Shown: positions 26,136 through 39,867, counted from the first letter of the stretch. The stretch is DNA of 64,000 nt from Lama glama (GCA_028534125.1 CM052816.1:82214001-82278000), one strand, 5' to 3'. Numbers and translations: made by a program. Notes: generated from the letters alone by a model not told the origin.

Positions 26136-27461
26136 GAAGCCCAGCAGGGCACTGTCCACTCAGTGCATGAAGGACTGAGGAAGTTTCCTGGGAAAGGATG
26201 CCTTCCTTCTGAGGAAAGATGGAGAGAGGCAGTGGAGCTTGACCCAGTAACAAAGGCTTAATCTTCAGAAGGAAGCAGGGGTTTTGAGTTCAGGATGGAG
26301 TCTTGTTGTTTGCAGCTGATTTGTTTTCCAGTCTACACCCCTGTGGACTCCTTCTGGCGGGTTCTGACCTGTGAAATGTGTGTGTAAAGAGCCTGGGTGG
26401 GCATGTGAGGAAGGACAACTTTGAATAAAAGCTGAAACAGTTGAGTGACTAGGATTCTCTCAGACACCACTGTTTTAGTACTAACACTAACAGATGTAAC
26501 ACAAAAAGTAGGAAGAGGATCCACCTGCTTTGCAAAAGACCAAACCAAACCAAAACAAAACAACACAAAAATTAAAATTGCTGCTGTTTTGACTGACTGC
26601 TAGAGGGCCCCACGTGTGAATTTGTGGGGCAAAGTGGGAAGTGACGTAGCTCAACAGAAGTGCAGCACTGTGTTATAGGATTTAGGGGACAAGGCCACTG
26701 GGAGTTGGGGGTGGAAGAACATAAAATGAGTCACTGAGGCTATTCTATTATAATTAATTTTTGTGGTGGTGAACAATGTGCTTACTTGCTCTCCTTCATT
26801 TTCACATTATTAAAATGGGTGTTAGAACCAGTTGTTCACTTTCATGTTTAGCGGGTGGTGAAACTTCAAAGACTTATTTGCTTAAATTTTTTAAATGGCT
26901 GTCTGTTTATTTATTTATTTGGAATTTATTTATTTATTTATGAAAAAATCTTTCCTCCTAGTATTGAAATAATAGGAAAACATATATCTTTACCCCCCAA
27001 ATGGCATGAATATCTGAACTGGAGAATATGTGGAATATACATTGACTGGACTCCTTATTCTCCTGAGTCCCCCCCAAAAATTAGCCTCAAATTATCCTCT
27101 AGTGGAGAGTTTCTCAATTTTGGCATTATTGACACTTTAGACCTGAAAATGCTTTGTTTGGGGGGACTGTCCTGTGCATTGTACTATATTTAGCTTCCTT
27201 GATCTCTACTCACTAGATGCCTGGAGCACACCTCCTACCTCTCAGTTTTTTTATGATAAATATATTTCCAGACATTGTCAGGGGAGGGGATGCAAGTAAT
27301 TTTCCAGTGTTCCCAAACTGAGGTTCAGCTGCTTGCCACTCAAAAACCAATAATCAAGATGTAAGTGTCAGTAGGAAAGGTGCTTTAATCAGAAAACCTG
27401 GAGAGAAGGTAGACTCATGTCCAGAGACTAGCTCCAGAGTTCTCAGCCATGACACTTTTTA

Positions 27462-28053
27462 TTTTTTTATTATTTTAACTCTTTTTTTTTATTGAGTAAT
27501 AGTCATTTTACAATGTTCTGTCAAATTCCAGTGTAGAGCACAATTTTTCAGTTATACATGAACATACATATATTCATTGTCACATTTTTTTTCCACTGAG
27601 AGCTACCACAAGGTCTTCTATGTATTTCCCTGTGCCATACAGTATAATCTTGTTTATCTATTTTACATTTTGAAATCCCAGTCTGTCCCTTCTCACCCTC
27701 CGACCCCTTGGCAACCACAAGTTTGTATTCCATGTCTANNNNNNNNNNNNNNNNNNNNNNNNNNNNNNNNNNNNNNNNNNNNNNNNNNNNNNNNNNNNNN
27801 NNNNNNNNNNNNNNNNNNNNNNNNNNNNNNNNNNNNNNTTTTTAGATTCCACATATGAGTGATCTCATATGGTATTTTTCTTTCTCTTTCTGGCTTACTT
27901 CACTTAGAATGACATTCTCCAGGAACATCCATGTTGCTGCAAATGGTGTTATATTGTCGGTTTTTATGGCTGAATAGTATTCCATTGTATAAATATACCA
28001 CATCTTCTTTATCCAGTCATCTGTTGATGGACATTTATGCTGTTTCCATGTCT
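27462..28053 (-). mobile_element. Young camelid-type L1 3' end with perfect 17-bp TSD
   Basis: T-rich tail, ATTGAGTAATAGTCATTTTACAATG...; AGCCATGACACTTTTTA at both 27445-27461 and 28054-28070; TTTT/AA endonuclease site. Confidence 0.92.
27739..27838. other. Assembly gap (100 N)
   Basis: Run of N. Confidence 1.
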
Positions 28054-29097
28054 AGCCATGACACTTTTTAAAGGGAAAAATAGGGGGAAGAATCTCAAGT
28101 GAATCATCGAGGCAGGAGGTTGGGTTCTGCATCATTCTCCATTGCATGCAGACTGGCTGACTCTGTCTTCAGATGTTATCTTGACTGCATTGTCTACTTG
28201 CAGGATTGTTAAGGGGGCCGTTGAGGGTAGAGAGCTCATCATTCTTTCACTACTTAATTCTTCATTCTTAGTTCTTTTTATTTAGGAAAAGAATCAACAC
28301 GTCAGGCAAGGCATGGTTTTGCATCCAGGAGAGCGTAAGTCAGGAGTTAGTTTCAATTGCTTAGTGATCTTATTCCTATAATTAGGTTCTTTTAAGGTTA
28401 GAGGGGGGACAGAAATGGGCAAACAGGAAAAGGGGCAAAAGAGCTGCTTTTGCAGCTCCCCACTGTCAAACATCATTCCATTTCTATGGGAGTAGGGGCA
28501 AAGGTCCATCTTCTGTAACTTCTTCATGCTGACATAGGAAGCATTATTCTCAGAGTGCAAGATATTGACGTGGGTCTGTAGTATTGCTTTGCTGACAATT
28601 TTAGTTGCCTACTTACGTATACAGGCAGGGCAAACTACAAATATTTTGCTGCCCACAAAAATATGGATTGTTATGAGCAGTAATGTTAATCTAGTTCTCT
28701 AGAGGTGAGTTCTTGGAATTGTGCTGGCCATAGCCTCAGTACTGCTCAGGATGGGGTAGCTAATGGCATGTCTGCAGTCTGGTGATCATACAATTATAGT
28801 ATCTGTGAAATAACTCAGGAATGTGCACCAGACACTGCATGTGATTCTCTCGTCCTAATCATTAACTTGCTTTCGTACTTGAAGGTAGGGGTGCTGCAGA
28901 GTTCTGCTCAGTTCCACCAGGTTGAGAATCAATGGTATAGTGTAACACAGCGTACTCATTTGAAACAAAGAACTTGGAGAACTTGGTCGAATTGCCCATA
29001 AAAGTTATTAAAACACTGACATTTCTATGCATTCTTTACTTAATTCTTGACATATTTGCTTCTTGATGTGTAAATATGGTAGATCCTTAAAGCTAAA

Positions 29098-29325
29098 AAC
29101 AATAATAGTTGCCATTTATTGAGGCCTTCCTGAGTGCCTGGCATTGTATTAAGCACTTCATCAACATTCCACTAAATTCTCTTAGCACTTCTTTGTAGTT
29201 GATATGATTATTCTAATTTTACAGAGAAGGCTTAGAGAGGTAAAGCATCCTGCTTGAAATCACACAGTTAGTAATTGAAAGATACAGCGTTAAAACTCAC
29301 ATCTACTTGGGCACAAGCTTTGGAG
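29098..29325 (-). mobile_element. MIR SINE
   Basis: AATAATAGTTGCCATTTATTGAG...TTTTACAGAG...AGAGAGGTAAAG...TCACACAGTTAGTAA. Confidence 0.85.
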
Positions 29326-29334
29326 GGTTACTTT

Positions 29335-29790
29335 CTGAATTGGTCAGAGTCCTTGTGGGAAAAGGCCCACTCCAGTGGGGTAACAAATGAGACCCTAATC
29401 GAGGTCATATTTATACATGAGGGCAGCACATCTATAAGGAATGATGAAGTTTTCTCTGTGCAAACAAGAGCTGCCAGACCTTATCTCATGTCTGAGGAGG
29501 GAGCCACAGGGGAGGGTGTAGTTGCTGTAACCCAGAAAGAGGGGCTGTAGCTTTAGGAAGGACTCACAAACAGCACGATGGGGACAGCCAACTCAACAGC
29601 TGCCAGACAGGAAGGCACACCCCGTCTTCCACTCTTTGATCTCCCACTGCTGACTCCCAGATCCAACAGGAAGCCACAGGGCAAAGGAGCCTGTGGCTGT
29701 TGCATCCACCGAGGTCAGCTCCTAGGGCTCAGAACTGGGTGGAGAGAAGAGAGTGAATCTGGAGGGGCAGAGGGGAAAATGCCAGGTTTC
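29335..29790 (-). mobile_element. ERVL LTR (LTR33-like)
   Basis: CCAACAGGAAGCCACAGGGCAAAGGAGCC...GGTCAGC...GTGAATCTGGAGGGGCA matches recalled antisense LTR33. Confidence 0.75.
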
Positions 29791-29885
29791 CTTAACTGTA
29801 ACACAATTTTATATAATTGAGATATTTTATGAAATGTTTTGAGCACCTACACAGACCATGACGATAATTACTAGTGTTGATGTGC

Positions 29886-30219
29886 TATTAAATATAAACT
29901 GAGGTATATTAAAAATTCTAAGAGTTTACTGGAGCCTTTATTCATTTGAATTGGGCACTGCTGTCCAGAAGTAGTTGGGAGCACTTTGACAAATATGAGC
30001 CAGGGGAAAGACTGGCATTGAGGAAGTGTGGAAGCAAAGAAAGGAGGTTATTTGATTGGCTATAACTTAAAGCCTAATTGACTCTGTGATTGGTTGTCTT
30101 TAGCATTTTGATTGCATAACCTTGAGGCATTTACAGGCTTGGATTTGGGTTTGCTTAGGTAGATGTCCATGGCGTTAGAGCCACCTCACCCTCATGGCCT
30201 CTGCTGAATCAGTTTAACA
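29886..30219 (-). mobile_element. Solo ERV1-class LTR (cetartiodactyl type)
   Basis: Ends TATTAAAT...TTTAACA; 4-bp flanks GTGC/GTAC; internal TTATTTGATTGGCTATA and CCTTGAGGCATTTACAGGC. Confidence 0.65.
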
Positions 30220-30228
30220 GTACTTCAG

Positions 30229-30413
30229 CAGGTGTGGGCAGACTTTTTCTGTAAAGGGCCAGATGGCAAATATTCTAGCCTCTTTGGGTCCTCTGGTCTC
30301 TGTTGCAATACTCAACTCTGCTGTTGTAGAGCAAATGAATGGATGCATTGGCTGTATTCCAATAAAATGATTATAGTTTTTGGTTTAAAGGGCTCAGTTT
30401 GTCAACCTTTCTG
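30229..30413. mobile_element. MER58A-like hAT MITE, internally deleted
   Basis: ACTTTTTCTGTAAAGGGCCAGATGGCAAATATT...CTCAACTCTGCTGTTGTAG...TTCCAATAAAA. Confidence 0.85.
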
Positions 30414-33400
30414 CTATAGAAAAACACAACTCTGCATACCACACGTACTAAATTATTTCAAGTCACTGATTCCCCCAACCCCAAAAGCTAATATAAAACA
30501 AATGAAAAATAGGGTATGTTTCTTTTATATATATATATATTAATAGATTTATATATAATGTTAATTTATTTATAAATATAGATCATCTATCAAGGCTTAT
30601 AAAATTAAACTCATTCTGCAATAGCATTTGTAAATTTTATTTTTTTTGTCATTGCAACTCTTATTATTGCAGCAACAGGCTTAATGAAGAGAGTGACTTT
30701 GTTTTTCACATACTTTTAAAGCGCACTGCAACGTTTACTGAAAAGTAAGAAAAACCAAATGGGAGGAACAGAATTATTGTTATGAAACCAGAAAATGTGT
30801 GGAAAGAAATAGAAGTGCATTAATAGTATATTGGAAAACAATTTAAAACTCATAATTATAGTATTTGCCTAAATAATGCTTATTAAAGTGGGAACAATTA
30901 AAAAAGGCCAGGCCACTCAACCTCTGGTCTGATGCTGTATGAGGGATTAGTGAGATAGTTGTGCTGCAAGGGTCATATTTTATAAGGGGACTAACTTAAT
31001 ATAGACATTCTAGAGACAAATAAAATCCAAATTTCAGAAAGGTGGCAAGGGTGCCTTCCCCTGTCTGTCCCTTCCTTCCTTTCTTTCCAATATAGAAACT
31101 CAAGCGAAGTCAGCTTGATTAACCCCAACCATGTGTCACTGGACTCTAGTATTCTTCTCAGGTGTCCGGGGATTCAGAAGGATGATTTATGTTTCTTTAT
31201 TCACCTTTGGCTTCATCTGCAGCCATCAGTTTTATGTGTCATTTCACCATTCTGAATGTGCTGTCCCATTGTGTCCCTTGGTGTTTTGAACGTCGCGAGG
31301 TCCTCTTTCCTTGATTCCCTCACACTTCTTCCCCACTATTAAGTCAATGTGTATAGTGGTCTTTGTTGATGGTTGGAGTAGATGTAGGAAGGACTGGAAT
31401 GCAAACAACTTATAATTGATTATTAAGCAATTCATATATCCTCTAACTCCTATGCAGTCTCTAGCCTCCAAGACATTTGCTCACCCAATCTCGCTCCTTT
31501 CTCTTGGCCCCTGGAAGCATCTTTCTTACCCCTACCCCCAAATATCTTCCACTTTATTATGTGTGGAGCATTAAATGCAGCATTCTGGGTCTCTACAAGC
31601 CTAGCCTTGCATATGGAAAACTCACCCATACACTATGCTTGACAATGGATGTCATCTTATCAATTTCCCCTCCACCATCTGTTAACGGGAAAGAAGGAGT
31701 CAGCTGAGTTATTTCTCCTTGATGTGAATTAACCTTCCTTAAAGGGAAGAATCAGAGTCTTGTTTTTCTTTTTCTTTCTTTTTTTTTTAAGACTGTATCT
31801 CCATTATGCATTATGATTTTGAAAACCATAGCCTACAAGAAGTTTAGATTTTATCTATTCATTTTTTGTTTGTTTGTTTGTTTTACCTTAGTTATTTTTT
31901 GCTTACCATTGGACAACTATGCAAAGATGATGAGGTCCTAATGACCGTGAAAGGGGAGGGAATGACCATAGGATAGCTAAGAAAGCCTTTTCCAAAATTA
32001 TTGTTTGGGTTATATTCTTGGCAAGATGTTGAGACAATTAAACATTTTGGATTTATTTTTGAAACTACTCCTTCAGGCATCAAAAAAAAAGTATTTTATT
32101 TATAAGAATTTCCCCTTCCTCCTCCCTCTTGTCATCCTCTCCACTGAAACTGAACAATTAAGCACTTAATTGGATAATTTAGGTTTCAAATCCCCCTTAT
32201 TTAAAATTATACATAGAAGCTCATCCTTGTTATACTTAATTTTAACTTTTTAAGATCCAGTCATAAAGAACAGGTGGGGAAGTTTTTTTCTAAGGATAAT
32301 TACATGGATATAGGTCTGAAACTCTTATGTTTAATTCCTGAGATACCAATTGAGATAATCAGAGCATAGCTGATAAGAACCAGAGTTTGGCTCTTTGTGT
32401 TACAAGGACCCTTTCTTCAAAGTTTTGATATTATTCCTACAAGCCAAGAGCAATGAATCAGGTTGAAGCTGGCAAGAAATATGTAGTTGTATCAACGGTA
32501 TTAGACCTGAAAGTATTCATACAATTTGATCAAGTGAGTTCTGAAAAAAGAGACAAGAATATTTTGCCTTTTATAAAAGCTTATTTTAAGGAAATTATGT
32601 ACATCATGGCCTAGGGAACCTTAACTACGTTCCTTTTTGGAATAAAAAGCTACATTACTATAATGTTGATGTTATGAAAACCTATAGAAGAGAAATTCTG
32701 ATTAAAATTAATTCTTTTTACTATGAAGATAAAAGGCAGCCAGCCAAAGTAAGGGCAAAATGAAGTGTATGCCTTAAGGAAGAGTAGTTTCAGACTATAA
32801 AATTGTGAGTCTAGAAGAGGAGGGAATTGGGATGATTTATTTAACTCAGTAATGAAACTTAAACCTAATCTAAGTAATGGTTTCTAAAGTAACCTAAGGT
32901 ACAAAAACCCTCCAACTGTGAAAATTTAACTCTGAATGTATTTTAATTTATAATAAGAAGGTATATCTCCAAGTATTGACTAACAAAAGAAATTCATAAA
33001 CAGAAATTTCCAGAGCACAAGTGTATAGAGACAAATGAATGGCAGAGACATATTTCAAGGTACTTTTAAAAGATTGTTATTTTAATACTTCAAATTTTAT
33101 GGTTACATAGAATTGAAATCTTCAATAAAGCTCTTAGTGGGGATAAAAGCCAAGATTCCTTTTTTGTAAAATTCAGTTCAATTCAATTCAATTCCTCAGA
33201 TATTTCTGAGGGCCAGATGATCTCTGGGGCCTTTCACAGTACCTTCCTGAGTTGTAGAAATCATAGATTGATTTGCTGCCTGTTTGGTTAAGAAGAGGTT
33301 TGATTAGTGCATTTGGATACATTTTCAATTTCTTGCTTTCTCCCTTCTCCTTCCCCTTTTGACTTTCTAGAAACTTTTCTTTCTTTCTTTATTTTTTTAA

Positions 33401-33809
33401 ACTATTTTTCTCTCTTACTTCTCCCTGTTTCTTTATAGTATTTTAACTTGTTAGTCTGTTGTGATGAGTGAATTCTTTATGGAACCAAGTCTCTTTTACA
33501 AAAGGTTCTTATCCTGAGTCATGGCATGGATGATACCCTATTTTAACATGAATTCCCAAGAACAATGGTGGTTTCTGAGACTTTCCACTTTCAGTGTGCA
33601 GACAATGCCTGAATTTCAATCATTTGCATCTTGAAAATATACACAGGAATGGGAGGTGAAATATCCTTGGCTCCTGTGTTTGTTTTCTGCTTTATAACTG
33701 ATGCATTTACACAAGGATGTGTTGTGTACATCACTTTTTATGTAGCTTCATGTTACCTTCACCTGAAGATCAGCTACATCTTCCGTTATCACCAAATAAT
33801 AAAGCTGTC

Positions 33810-34438
33810 ACCGCTGTCACCATAGTCTAAGCAAATGTCACCTCTCTCCTGGACACCAAAGTAGCTTTCTCATTAGTCTCCTTTCTTCCACTCTTTCCCC
33901 ACAGTTCACTATCCACAGGGCAATCAGAATGGTCTGTTAGAAGCATGAGTCAGATTTTCTCAAAACACAGCAAAGGTTTTCCATGATATTTGAAGTAAAA
34001 TCCAGACGCGATTTTGTTCCTGCCTCCTCCTTGACCTCAGGTCCCACTGCTTCCCATCTTGCTCACCACAGCCCAGAATCACCAGCTTCCTTTCAGTCCC
34101 TCCAGCAGGCCCGTTCCTTTCCTCCCATCACTCCAGGACTGTAGCCTACCGTCACTCAGCTGTTGGTTACATTGTCTCGCCTGCGAAGAGACTCTCTGCA
34201 ACCAGTCCATCTGAAGTAGCCACACAGTACCATCATATCACCTCTTTTAATTCTCTGCATGCACTTACCACTATTTGATGCTCATCTTCTTTATTTACTG
34301 TTGTGTTTTGGTCACCTGCACCCAATAAAATGCTAGTCTTCATGACAGAGGACCATGCCTGGCTTGTTCTGTTTCCTAAGAGTCTAGGATAGTGTTTGCC
34401 ATGTATTTGGTGCTCAGTCAATATTTGTTGAATGAATC
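33810..34438 (+). mobile_element. LINE-2 3' end
   Basis: CTCTCTCCTGGAC...; terminal GGTGCTCAGTCAATATTTGTTGAATGAAT. Confidence 0.85.
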
Positions 34439-35235
34439 ATAATCTTCTTTATATTTTCCACTTGGGATATGAGGCTTCACATATTATAATAAATATAGGT
34501 CTGTCATTAATTAAATTGGTTGTGTCCTCTATGTAAATAGTGATAGAAATGTATCTTTCCTAAACTAACACAGAATATCTATAATGTGCTTCTATTTTTT
34601 AAAACAATGTATCTCTACTGCCCTTGCACTGAGAGTAATTTGATATCATTTTCATTATGAATTTAATGCATTTGAGTATTGTATTTAATCCTCAACATCC
34701 AGATTATCTTATCTTTCCCTTCTACCTCCTGACTTAGTTTCAGTCATAGTTATAAATTTAGGATCTTAAGGCCGAATGTTTTAAAGAACTTACTTCAGAG
34801 AAGTGCATTGAAGAGATCTGCCCCTGAATTTGTGGTGCCTGAGAGGAAGCCAGCAGAGATTGTTCATGCCCAGGGACGCTTGAAAAAAATTGACCCAAGG
34901 CAACAACGCTGGAACTGTGGTGGGAGCCAGATGTCAAGATATATTTTGCCTAATAAGGCTTCAGGTAAAATATTAGAAATTGGAGGGAGTGCCCAGAAGA
35001 TGGTGAGGCTAGGAAAACAAATTTCTGACCCATTTAAGCTGAAAGTACAGTGTATGTATGGATTTAGGGTTGATTCAAGCAGGTATCTATCACCCATGCT
35101 TACAGGTGCTTATGAGGCCAACTTATGTTTTTAAAGCCTCTGTTGGAAAACCAATTGTAATTTATATATGGAGCATGTGGCTTTAAATCCACGATCCATT
35201 TCACTAGGTCCATTTAAAGTAAAGATCTGGATTCA

Positions 35236-35496
35236 AGTGATATCATTCAGACTGTAGCACGTTGACTCATTGGGTGGTTGTAAAATCAATTCAGTGGGTC
35301 ATGATTAGCAGTTTTTTTTAAAGGACATAGAATACAATTGAATCAAAAAGAAGTTATCAGAGGACATCGCACATTGTAAAATTTACAACAAATTAATAAA
35401 ATTTTCGATCAGTTATGTGACTATAGTGTGTCTGCTGTTACCGTGTAAAATGCATTTCTCCCTGTGAATGGGGTAAAAACTCTGTGAAAACCACCA
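35236..35496. mobile_element. hAT-Charlie MITE (MER112-like)
   Basis: AAATCAATTCAGTGGGTCATGA...TATCAGAGGACATCGCAC...TGTAAAATGCATTTCT; subfamily name uncertain. Confidence 0.6.
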
Positions 35497-35729
35497 GAGA
35501 ATATTGGATTGGGTTGGATTAGGTTCATGTGACATAAAGTGAAGTGTAATTTACAGAGAGAATTTTCCTAACGGTATGAGGATCAGTCTCATAATAAGGG
35601 CAAAGTCAAATTGTCACTGAACTCCGTGAAGTAGGAGATGGCTGAAATACAGAACAGAATGTGTGAGACCCCACAATTCATAATTGCCTCAAGCATAGCC
35701 TCACTTGCTTTGCCCATTGATGATTTGTT

Positions 35730-35861
35730 GCTTGTTTAATGGTGTTTTCAGCTTCCCAACCAGAAGTTAAGCTCCTTGAAGTAGAAGTGATCGTATAATT
35801 ATTCTATGTGTCTTATAATGCTGGGAACATAGTAGTCACATAAAACATTTTTGTTAAATGA
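35730..35861 (+). mobile_element. LINE-2 3' end fragment
   Basis: TAAGCTCCTTGAAG...ACATAGTAG...ATTTTTGTTAAATGA. Confidence 0.6.
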
Positions 35862-37582
35862 CCCATCGAAAATAAAAATGTGAGTAACTATAGAGGATCA
35901 AATATAATCTGCATCATTTTCGCTGGGCCAGCATCATAACCCAGAAGTTCTGCCCACCATCCCTGGTCTGTCAGTAGCATACACATCAATTTTCTCTCTG
36001 CACACATTTTCAAGTCAAATCTGTTTTGAATTTATTAAGAATAGGATATATGATAGTTATGAAAAATGTCTTTCAAAAGTTCCAAATAGCTTATCACAAT
36101 CCATTCCAACTTTTAACCTTTAAATCTGTAATTCTGTCAAGGAAAGACATCACATTCTCTTACTTGGTTTGTTTTTATTCATTATGGTAAGGTCAGAACC
36201 CAGAAGAAGTAGAAATGGTTTCAGGTTCCTGTTTAGATTCCTTTGTCTAACTCAGGTTTTGGATCAACTCCTCCTTCACAATCCAAAGTCACTGAGTTAA
36301 ATTAAACAAGAGATTCCTGAGAAGATGAAGCCAAGCATGACTAACGTCTTGTCCCAGACACATGTCAAGCTTGGTTAAGAATTAGACTCCCCTTCGCTGT
36401 TGCTGGGACAGAGAGAAGTCTCTTTTAGTAAGACCCAGCATGAGCAAGCAGCATTCGTGTTAGTTTAAGCAATTTACTTTTGTATTTCCCTTTTGTAGTT
36501 CACAGCAGGTCCCTTTAGGAGGAATAAAAGGGCTTGCTCTGCAATCTGCCTTTATTGTTTCACTGAAGAGTAGAAGGAAAACATATTTCAATCAGAAGAA
36601 TTATACCTGAGTGCTATAAATGTTCCCAGAGCCAACAGAGAAAGCTCTGCTCCATTTAAGGTCAGGGCTGATGTTTTAAGGGGAAAATGTTGATGATAAA
36701 CCCAAGGGGAAATAACATCCCAGACTTTCCTAAGTGAGCTTTCTCATTGGGTAGTAAGCAGGAGATAAGGCCAGAAATTCCAGAGATTAGCTACAATAGA
36801 TAAGATTCCCAGATTCCTTAAAAAAAAAAGGAAGAAAGAAAGAAAGACATTGCTAGGATACACAGTGACTTCTGTGGAACTTGTGCCACTGTTTTACAGC
36901 AAAACCACCTTTTTATTGATTAGTGTTAATGAGATAAGGGGACCCCACATTGATGGATTATCAAGTCTACCTAATCTTGTTTTTCACTATTTAATCTTTC
37001 TTGTTGCAGTGGTTAGAAGTATGTGCAGACTAAATCTTGGTTTCTTCTTTCACTTGACCTTATTCTGATTCATCAAATTGATTCTCTTACACTCTGAACT
37101 ATGCCAATTATTGTGTCTGTCAAGCTGTACATTCATTAGAGTTTTGGGGCTAATGGACATTCTCTCAGAGCATATTCATCTTCAGAAATACAGTAAAAGC
37201 TAATTCTTTTGGCTCAGCGAAGCTCAGGTTGACATCTTGCCACTCTTCTGCTGCCAGGAATATCTGGTGACTTAATGAAGTGAAGATCTTAAACACACAA
37301 CTCAGTGGATTATTCAATATTAAGGTTTGAGCTAGAGTCTGAAAAGGATTAACACTTTCAGTTCTACAAAAGTGCAGGTGATGAAGTAAAACACAAGAGG
37401 ACCACCAGAATGGACAGTGCATCAGAAAGATTACAGACTAACTCATGCCTCAAGAGCACATTGATCTTCCTTTTCATATGGTATTTAAAAAATAATCTTT
37501 TATATGCCAGTGGTAATGCAATGGATTAGTGAAGCCAACGGGCTGTGACTGTTAATATTAATTGGGACAGCAATGTCTAAAT

Positions 37583-37754
37583 CAGTGGTTCTCAACCCTG
37601 ACTACATATTAGAATCACCTAGGGAGCTTCTAAAATTTGCAAAATCCTAGTCCTCACCTCTGGAGAGACTGCTTTAATTGGCTGGGGGCAGTGCCCTGGC
37701 ATCAGAATATCTTAGAAGCTCCCTCAGTGTACTGTCAGCATTGAAGACCACCAG
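37583..37754. mobile_element. MER5A-type hAT MITE
   Basis: CAGTGGTTCTCAACCCTGACTACATATTAGAATCACCTAGGGAGCTT...GAAGCTCCC...GACCAC. Confidence 0.88.
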
Positions 37755-39519
37755 GAAATAAATGCTGGAACAGAATAGCTTTTTGTTACCAGAACACCTG
37801 ACTCAAATATCCTATTCTTTTAAAGATTCTCAATGGTGTATCTTTTGTTAAAAGAATAGAGCAAGCATCCTGTTTCATTCCATCCTAATTAGTTTGGCCT
37901 TTGCCATGTGATAGGATATTATATGGCCTGTGTTGAATGCACTTTAAATATTATGTCTATTTTCAAGAAGGCTTTTTAATTTCAAAATATATTCAATATG
38001 AAATGTATGCTCTAGAAAAGTTTTTTTGTTGTTGTTCTTTGCAGTGTCATGGAATTTGTTCATTAGGGGAAGAAAAGGCAAAATATACGCAGACTGCCAG
38101 TTCAATAAGCAAGCAAACAAACAAAAACCTTAAAACCTAGTTAGTTCAGTTGCCTGAAAGAGAGAGGGACAATAAGTTATTCATCAATTTGCGTTTAAAA
38201 AAAAAGCAGTGTTGTTTTTAGAGGCAGTGTTATATCTATGTATATGTTTCTACAGGAGTGCTAACAAGAGACCCACCATTAATTGTCTGTGAAGTTTTTA
38301 TCAAGTCACTCAGGCTTTCTGAGCCATAGGGTCACATGGTTAGTAGTAGAGCCAGGATGAACGCTTGTGATTCTTGTCTCACACTCTGCTGTTACTTGGG
38401 AAAAGAGCAATGAGGACCAGGTGGATAGAGAAGGTGATGGGGTAAACTGATGTGAGCTCTTCCTTGGAGGTTAGTCTGGCTTCTCTATTTCTCAACAGGC
38501 CGCCCCTCCCCCCCGTGTCTGTCTGAGTGCCTGTGTGTGGACTAATGTGAGTTCTTGTGGAAAGGCTGATGCTAAATACTCATTCTGTTCTGGATTCCAG
38601 TGTGTGGCTGCGCACCAGGCCAGACGTCTCTCAGTAGCAATGCTGACCACTCTGGTAACCTGCATCCACAGCCAGGGCCCTCCTCTTCTGTCTGCTCCCT
38701 TTGACCTTCTGTTTCATGACAACCCCCTACTAATGGTTTCTCTAACCTTCCTCCAAGTTGGCACCCACTAGAACAGGTACTTCTGTGCCTCGAATAACTA
38801 GTTACTGCCTTTCAGGTGGTTTCTTAGTAAAATGTCATGGAAAAGGGGAGAGAAGTCCAGCCAAGGCAAGCCGTGGGGATGTAGGCACACCACAGCCTTT
38901 AGGTAAACTGGAATCCAATTTGGCTAAACTCTTACAGTCCTGTCCCACTTTCCTGTCTCATCTTTTTTTTTTTAATTGCAAAAATGCAAAACTTTTACAC
39001 TTTCGTTTACTTTCTCTCCATATATTTATTTTTCTAAAAGATCTTGGTGGCCTGTATACTTACTTGGTTCACTAACTTCACACATTTGTATTCTAGTAAT
39101 TCTGATACATTTCTTTCTAATCTGAATTTCCTTTCTGATCTATCTACCTATGAAACATTGCCTTACTTTTACATGTCTTCTTGATTTGATTGTTCTATAA
39201 AAAAGATGTCATGGATACATTTTTTTGGGTTGTTCCTTGTTTTCTTTTTTCTTTTATAATGTAAGAATAAAAAGAACAGTATAACTTTTTATTTTAATAG
39301 TGAAATTCTTCCAGTTTATTCTTCTACAAGGATGTATTTACCAGGTCTAATTGTTAAACCCAGAAACAGTATCTTTTGACCATTGTCAGTAACTTTGTTC
39401 TGCTTCTCACCCCATTTTAAAAATATGTTGCCATCTCCCACTGCAATCTTCCTTCCCCCAATACATATACTGTTTTCTGTTATTTTTTTACATCATATTT
39501 TTCTTTTCTTTTGTTTTTT

Positions 39520-39867
39520 TGTCTGTCAAATGTTATTTTCTTCATCAGTTGATACGATCATATGGTTTTTTCCCTTTAGCTTGTTGACATGATGGACTGC
39601 ATTGACTGATTTCAAGTGTTGAACCAGCCTTGCATCCCTGGAATAAATCCAGTTTGGTCATGGTGTGTGTGTTTTCTTTTTACACATGGATAGATTCAGT
39701 TGTCAATGTTTTTTGAAAATTTTTGCATCTAAATTCATAGGAGATATTGGTTTGTAGTTTTCTTTTTTTTTAATACTTTTTTAGTCTGGTTTTGAAATCA
39801 GGGTAATATGGGAATCATAAAATGAGTTGGGGAGTGCCATTTTCTGAAATAAATTGCTGTAAAATTT
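39520..39867 (-). mobile_element. Older L1 ORF2 (RT region) fragment
   Basis: GTGTTGAACCAGCCTTGCATCCCTGGAATAAATCC...TTTTTGCATCT...GATATTGG. Confidence 0.85.

Larger units (their letters stand above)
27308..28916 (-). mobile_element. Solo ERV1-class LTR (~1.0 kb net), interrupted by L1
   Basis: TG...CA termini with exact 4-bp TSD CCAG (27304-27307, 28917-28920); orientation and class from recalled LTR ends. Confidence 0.75.
27105..28934. mobile_element. MER20 hAT MITE split by nested insertions (pieces 27105-27307 and 28921-28934)
   Basis: TTTCTCAATTTTGGCATTATTGACA...CTGTCCTGTGCATTGT...CCAGACATTG, resuming as GTTGAGAATCAATG; 8-bp flanks CTCTAGTG / GTATAGTG. Confidence 0.85.

Noticed and set aside
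30524..30590. AT-rich, partly self-complementary stretch
   Set aside because: Low-complexity, (AT)n-derived sequence.
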